Part shown: positions 58,081-64,000 of the stretch, piece by piece
How the letters are laid out: every line of letters starts with the position of its first letter
Position numbering within the stretch: the stretch's first letter is position 1
Source of the DNA: Naegleria gruberi
Taxonomy: Eukaryota
Length of the DNA stretch: 64,000 bases
Direction: 5' to 3' (one strand)
Assembly: GCA_000004985.1 (NCBI GenBank)
Contig: GG738908.1
Made by a program: the position numbers and the translations under genes
Notes under the pieces: generated by a model
Database searches by the model: none
What the model was told of the DNA's origin: nothing
The model's input: the letters and a program-made list of their open reading frames with translations, nothing else

Positions 58081-58143
58081 ATTTAAGAGATTACTTAGTG
58101 AAGATTCATATCATTGATTATATTTCTTATAATCTATTAATGA
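58081..58143. repeat. 63-bp direct repeat, copy 2
   Basis: ATTTAAGAGATTACTTAGTGAAGATTCATATCATTGATTATATTTCTTATAATCTATTAATGA. It lies about 485 bp downstream of copy 1 in the same orientation. Confidence 0.6.
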
Positions 58144-58981
58144 TGTAAATTTGATGGTTTCATTTCGTATATTGATAGATATATAAAGGTCAGGTCAGTA
58201 TCAACTTTTGAATTATGGACTTTGAGAAGTCAAATGTTTGGGACGTGAATCTACTCATTAGATTTCATAGGTATTGCTAATAAAGGAACATTTCATTGAT
58301 TTATTGATCATAACGGTCAAATTGAGTTGAATGGAAGTGAATCACATGTTGATTCATCGTGGTTGGGTAGTTTCGCCACGTAGTGGTGCAACTACCAACC
58401 TTTGTAGATTGAATCAGGTTGATTTGCATGCAATATGAATAAGTAACATTATCAAGAGTGATTATTCACCAATTCAATGACCAATATTCAATAATCGGTT
58501 TGATTCAATCAATAGCTTAATCATCAAGCTTTGAATATTAATATTCCAGTAATCAACGGCAGTCTATTTTTAAATTTAATCAAAGACCATATATAGTATC
58601 TTGACTTTTATGATATGTAAACTATCTAGATGTGTTCTATATTGAATAATCTATATGAAAATGAGAAGAAATAAAATTAACTCTTAAATTGAGTTTATTT
58701 ATATTACTATATATGGTATTATTTCTTACAGAGTCTTCCACAGAACCCACTCTTGAACTAATAATTGTACTAGAGCGTGTGAGAAACATAATGGTGGTGA
58801 AAGTGATCAGTAACTTGTTGAAATGACTGAGATGGAATGTAAACTATGGTCTAAATGTCATGTATTTGTAACTAGACAGTGTCAACTCCGCCAAAGTGCC
58901 TTAAAATAGATTGATATCATCAGATACACTTCTACGCACCACATATACCTCATAGAACGAGTTATGACATTATATATTAGA

Positions 58982-61900
58982 NNNNNNNNNNNNNNNNNNN
59001 NNNNNNNNNNNNNNNNNNNNNNNNNNNNNNNNNNNNNNNNNNNNNNNNNNNNNNNNNNNNNNNNNNNNNNNNNNNNNNNNNNNNNNNNNNNNNNNNNNNN
59101 NNNNNNNNNNNNNNNNNNNNNNNNNNNNNNNNNNNNNNNNNNNNNNNNNNNNNNNNNNNNNNNNNNNNNNNNNNNNNNNNNNNNNNNNNNNNNNNNNNNN
59201 NNNNNNNNNNNNNNNNNNNNNNNNNNNNNNNNNNNNNNNNNNNNNNNNNNNNNNNNNNNNNNNNNNNNNNNNNNNNNNNNNNNNNNNNNNNNNNNNNNNN
59301 NNNNNNNNNNNNNNNNNNNNNNNNNNNNNNNNNNNNNNNNNNNNNNNNNNNNNNNNNNNNNNNNNNNNNNNNNNNNNNNNNNNNNNNNNNNNNNNNNNNN
59401 NNNNNNNNNNNNNNNNNNNNNNNNNNNNNNNNNNNNNNNNNNNNNNNNNNNNNNNNNNNNNNNNNNNNNNNNNNNNNNNNNNNNNNNNNNNNNNNNNNNN
59501 NNNNNNNNNNNNNNNNNNNNNNNNNNNNNNNNNNNNNNNNNNNNNNNNNNNNNNNNNNNNNNNNNNNNNNNNNNNNNNNNNNNNNNNNNNNNNNNNNNNN
59601 NNNNNNNNNNNNNNNNNNNNNNNNNNNNNNNNNNNNNNNNNNNNNNNNNNNNNNNNNNNNNNNNNNNNNNNNNNNNNNNNNNNNNNNNNNNNNNNNNNNN
59701 NNNNNNNNNNNNNNNNNNNNNNNNNNNNNNNNNNNNNNNNNNNNNNNNNNNNNNNNNNNNNNNNNNNNNNNNNNNNNNNNNNNNNNNNNNNNNNNNNNNN
59801 NNNNNNNNNNNNNNNNNNNNNNNNNNNNNNNNNNNNNNNNNNNNNNNNNNNNNNNNNNNNNNNNNNNNNNNNNNNNNNNNNNNNNNNNNNNNNNNNNNNN
59901 NNNNNNNNNNNNNNNNNNNNNNNNNNNNNNNNNNNNNNNNNNNNNNNNNNNNNNNNNNNNNNNNNNNNNNNNNNNNNNNNNNNNNNNNNNNNNNNNNNNN
60001 NNNNNNNNNNNNNNNNNNNNNNNNNNNNNNNNNNNNNNNNNNNNNNNNNNNNNNNNNNNNNNNNNNNNNNNNNNNNNNNNNNNNNNNNNNNNNNNNNNNN
60101 NNNNNNNNNNNNNNNNNNNNNNNNNNNNNNNNNNNNNNNNNNNNNNNNNNNNNNNNNNNNNNNNNNNNNNNNNNNNNNNNNNNNNNNNNNNNNNNNNNNN
60201 NNNNNNNNNNNNNNNNNNNNNNNNNNNNNNNNNNNNNNNNNNNNNNNNNNNNNNNNNNNNNNNNNNNNNNNNNNNNNNNNNNNNNNNNNNNNNNNNNNNN
60301 NNNNNNNNNNNNNNNNNNNNNNNNNNNNNNNNNNNNNNNNNNNNNNNNNNNNNNNNNNNNNNNNNNNNNNNNNNNNNNNNNNNNNNNNNNNNNNNNNNNN
60401 NNNNNNNNNNNNNNNNNNNNNNNNNNNNNNNNNNNNNNNNNNNNNNNNNNNNNNNNNNNNNNNNNNNNNNNNNNNNNNNNNNNNNNNNNNNNNNNNNNNN
60501 NNNNNNNNNNNNNNNNNNNNNNNNNNNNNNNNNNNNNNNNNNNNNNNNNNNNNNNNNNNNNNNNNNNNNNNNNNNNNNNNNNNNNNNNNNNNNNNNNNNN
60601 NNNNNNNNNNNNNNNNNNNNNNNNNNNNNNNNNNNNNNNNNNNNNNNNNNNNNNNNNNNNNNNNNNNNNNNNNNNNNNNNNNNNNNNNNNNNNNNNNNNN
60701 NNNNNNNNNNNNNNNNNNNNNNNNNNNNNNNNNNNNNNNNNNNNNNNNNNNNNNNNNNNNNNNNNNNNNNNNNNNNNNNNNNNNNNNNNNNNNNNNNNNN
60801 NNNNNNNNNNNNNNNNNNNNNNNNNNNNNNNNNNNNNNNNNNNNNNNNNNNNNNNNNNNNNNNNNNNNNNNNNNNNNNNNNNNNNNNNNNNNNNNNNNNN
60901 NNNNNNNNNNNNNNNNNNNNNNNNNNNNNNNNNNNNNNNNNNNNNNNNNNNNNNNNNNNNNNNNNNNNNNNNNNNNNNNNNNNNNNNNNNNNNNNNNNNN
61001 NNNNNNNNNNNNNNNNNNNNNNNNNNNNNNNNNNNNNNNNNNNNNNNNNNNNNNNNNNNNNNNNNNNNNNNNNNNNNNNNNNNNNNNNNNNNNNNNNNNN
61101 NNNNNNNNNNNNNNNNNNNNNNNNNNNNNNNNNNNNNNNNNNNNNNNNNNNNNNNNNNNNNNNNNNNNNNNNNNNNNNNNNNNNNNNNNNNNNNNNNNNN
61201 NNNNNNNNNNNNNNNNNNNNNNNNNNNNNNNNNNNNNNNNNNNNNNNNNNNNNNNNNNNNNNNNNNNNNNNNNNNNNNNNNNNNNNNNNNNNNNNNNNNN
61301 NNNNNNNNNNNNNNNNNNNNNNNNNNNNNNNNNNNNNNNNNNNNNNNNNNNNNNNNNNNNNNNNNNNNNNNNNNNNNNNNNNNNNNNNNNNNNNNNNNNN
61401 NNNNNNNNNNNNNNNNNNNNNNNNNNNNNNNNNNNNNNNNNNNNNNNNNNNNNNNNNNNNNNNNNNNNNNNNNNNNNNNNNNNNNNNNNNNNNNNNNNNN
61501 NNNNNNNNNNNNNNNNNNNNNNNNNNNNNNNNNNNNNNNNNNNNNNNNNNNNNNNNNNNNNNNNNNNNNNNNNNNNNNNNNNNNNNNNNNNNNNNNNNNN
61601 NNNNNNNNNNNNNNNNNNNNNNNNNNNNNNNNNNNNNNNNNNNNNNNNNNNNNNNNNNNNNNNNNNNNNNNNNNNNNNNNNNNNNNNNNNNNNNNNNNNN
61701 NNNNNNNNNNNNNNNNNNNNNNNNNNNNNNNNNNNNNNNNNNNNNNNNNNNNNNNNNNNNNNNNNNNNNNNNNNNNNNNNNNNNNNNNNNNNNNNNNNNN
61801 NNNNNNNNNNNNNNNNNNNNNNNNNNNNNNNNNNNNNNNNNNNNNNNNNNNNNNNNNNNNNNNNNNNNNNNNNNNNNNNNNNNNNNNNNNNNNNNNNNNN

Positions 61901-62910
61901 NNNNNNNNNNNNNNNNNNNNNNNNNNNNNNNNNNNNNNNNNNNNNNNNNNNNNNNNNNNNNNNNNNNNNNNNNNNNNNNNNNNNNNNNNNNNNNNNNNNN
62001 NNNNNNNNNNNNNNNNNNNNNNNNNNNNNNNNNNNNNNNNNNNNNNNNNNNNNNNNNNNNNNNNNNNNNNNNNNNNNNNNNNNNNNNNNNNNNNNNNNNN
62101 NNNNNNNNNNNNNNNNNNNNNNNNNNNNNNNNNNNNNNNNNNNNNNNNNNNNNNNNNNNNNNNNNNNNNNNNNNNNNNNNNNNNNNNNNNNNNNNNNNNN
62201 NNNNNNNNNNNNNNNNNNNNNNNNNNNNNNNNNNNNNNNNNNNNNNNNNNNNNNNNNNNNNNNNNNNNNNNNNNNNNNNNNNNNNNNNNNNNNNNNNNNN
62301 NNNNNNNNNNNNNNNNNNNNNNNNNNNNNNNNNNNNNNNNNNNNNNNNNNNNNNNNNNNNNNNNNNNNNNNNNNNNNNNNNNNNNNNNNNNNNNNNNNNN
62401 NNNNNNNNNNNNNNNNNNNNNNNNNNNNNNNNNNNNNNNNNNNNNNNNNNNNNNNNNNNNNNNNNNNNNNNNNNNNNNNNNNNNNNNNNNNNNNNNNNNN
62501 NNNNNNNNNNNNNNNNNNNNNNNNNNNNNNNNNNNNNNNNNNNNNNNNNNNNNNNNNNNNNNNNNNNNNNNNNNNNNNNNNNNNNNNNNNNNNNNNNNNN
62601 NNNNNNNNNNNNNNNNNNNNNNNNNNNNNNNNNNNNNNNNNNNNNNNNNNNNNNNNNNNNNNNNNNNNNNNNNNNNNNNNNNNNNNNNNNNNNNNNNNNN
62701 NNNNNNNNNNNNNNNNNNNNNNNNNNNNNNNNNNNNNNNNNNNNNNNNNNNNNNNNNNNNNNNNNNNNNNNNNNNNNNNNNNNNNNNNNNNNNNNNNNNN
62801 NNNNNNNNNNNNNNNNNNNNNNNNNNNNNNNNNNNNNNNNNNNNNNNNNNNNNNNNNNNNNNNNNNNNNNNNNNNNNNNNNNNNNNNNNNNNNNNNNNNN
62901 NNNNNNNNNN
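58982..62910. other. Assembly gap (3929 N) in the subtelomeric region
   Basis: Run of n. Confidence 1.
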
Positions 62911-63581
62911 TATTTGATAGACTTGGTCTGACTTGTCTTTCCTTTCAGTCAACTTTGTAAAATCAACATTTACATTCCCATGGTACCATTTCTAATTCTT
63001 ATGATATGAAATTGAATTCTACATCATTATATATCATCTAAATCATGATGGTAAAGTTTCAATAGGTGGTCCTTTATCAAGATTTCCACCTTTTCATCAT
63101 AGTTGACCATGTGTGGTTGAGGGAAGAAATCTGTAAATATGAAAGTTAAAATAAATTTGATATTCGATGTATACTCACCAAATGGAACATTTTCATGTCT
63201 GGATTCAATATGTTTTGATGAGAAACTCAAAAGTTATTGTTGACCTCTTTTACCTCACATCTTCCCTTTTCACTTGATACTTTTATACCTACAGACATGA
63301 ACTTTTGAAATTTTATATGAAAGTGATTATAAATGTTGTTAATGATGATATAGACTATATAATCTCATTAAAGGATTTTGAAATTATCATTCTTCCTATG
63401 GTTTCATTTTATAATTTTTAATATGACATTATTTACAAAGTTAATATTTTATAAATTGAAAAACTAAGTATAATACATTGTTCTACTCATCATTTACAAT
63501 CGAATGATATAATATTCAATAATTTGGGCTAGGGTTTGAACTTTGAAACATTGGGTCTGGTATTTCAATTTTAGGTTCAAA

Positions 63582-64000
63582 GGTTTGGGTTTGGGTTTGG
63601 GTTTGGGTTTGGGTTTGGGTTTGGGTTTGGGTTTGGGTTTGGGTTTGGGTTTGGGTTTGGGTTTGGGTTTGGGTTTGGGTTTGGGTTTGGGTTTGGGTTT
63701 GGGTTTGGGTTTGGGTTTGGGTTTGGGTTTGGGTTTGGGTTTGGGTTTGGGTTTGGGTTGGGTTTGGGTTTGGGTTTGGGTTTGGGTTTGGGTTTGGGTT
63801 TGGGTTTGGGTTTGGGTTTGGGTTTGGGTTTTGGGTTTGGGTTTGGGTTTGGGTTTGGGTTTGGGTTTGGGTTTGGGTTTGGGTTTGGGTTTGGGTTTGG
63901 GTTTGGGTTTGGGTTTGGGTTTGGGTTTGGGTTTGGGTTTGGGTTTGGGTTTGGGTTTGGGTTTGGGTTTGGGTTTGGGTTTGGGTTTGGGTTTGGGTTT
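63582..64000 (+). repeat. Telomere-like hexamer array (TTTGGG)n with the G-rich strand 5'->3' toward the window and scaffold end
   Basis: About 70 near-perfect GGGTTT units run to the last base. Variant units are GGGTT at about 63758 and GGGTTTT at about 63830. Degenerate related motifs (GGGCTAGGGTTTGAA, GGTTCAAAGG) lie immediately upstream at 63520-63580. Confidence 0.85.

Noticed and set aside
1-64000. Prokaryotic-style systems (CRISPR arrays, toxin-antitoxin pairs, operons, phage defence islands)
   Set aside because: The sequence is clearly eukaryotic. It has spliceosomal introns, one tRNA and telomere-like repeats, and no direct-repeat/spacer arrays or Shine-Dalgarno-led gene clusters.

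Overview
This is eukaryotic nuclear DNA, not prokaryotic. It is AT-rich (roughly 30% GC by eye) and carries short spliceosomal introns (about 44-150 nt, mostly GTAAGT...(A/T)AG), A-rich ATG contexts (aaaaaATG) and Asn/Ser/Thr-rich low-complexity coding. Together these point by inference to an AT-rich amoebozoan such as a dictyostelid-like social amoeba. The window is the end of a draft scaffold. It holds three N-gaps (1054-1103, 25360-26100, 58982-62910) and finishes in a telomere-like (TTTGGG)n array with the G-rich strand running 3' toward the window end. I found no CRISPR arrays, operons or other prokaryotic systems. I can support about 30 protein-coding genes. These are a PARP-like ADP-ribosyltransferase; two tandem 7TM-RGS receptors; a CTL/SLC44 transporter; an RCC1-like protein; a secreted CAP+EGF+mucin protein; an inverted pair of cytochrome P450s; a sphingomyelinase-like EEP phosphodiesterase; F-box and F-box/LRR proteins; an ERG25-like methylsterol oxidase; two transmembrane receptor-like kinases (one with a beta-helix ectodomain, one with an NHL+EGF ectodomain); a Cys-type glutathione peroxidase; a P-loop NTPase; a 2OG-Fe(II) oxygenase-like protein; two further NHL-repeat proteins; a BTB protein; an NPPY-type methyltransferase; and a multi-exon membrane adenylyl cyclase with a PAS-like region. 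There is one tRNA-Ala(UGC)-like gene. Further out are a decayed pseudogene region, a pair of 63-bp direct repeats, and the subtelomeric/telomeric repeats. The most notable points are two consecutive 12-nt microexons inside the cyclase catalytic domain; an in-frame TGA inside a small Cys/His ORF that is followed by 59 further stop-free codons (a selenocysteine CxxU candidate or a pseudogene); a motif that recurs in 3' UTRs; a paralogous NHL-EGF receptor-kinase and secreted pair; and frame discontinuities at the 5' ends of several genes that suggest assembly indels. All annotations rest on manual translation and motif recognition, so exact exon boundaries are approximate.
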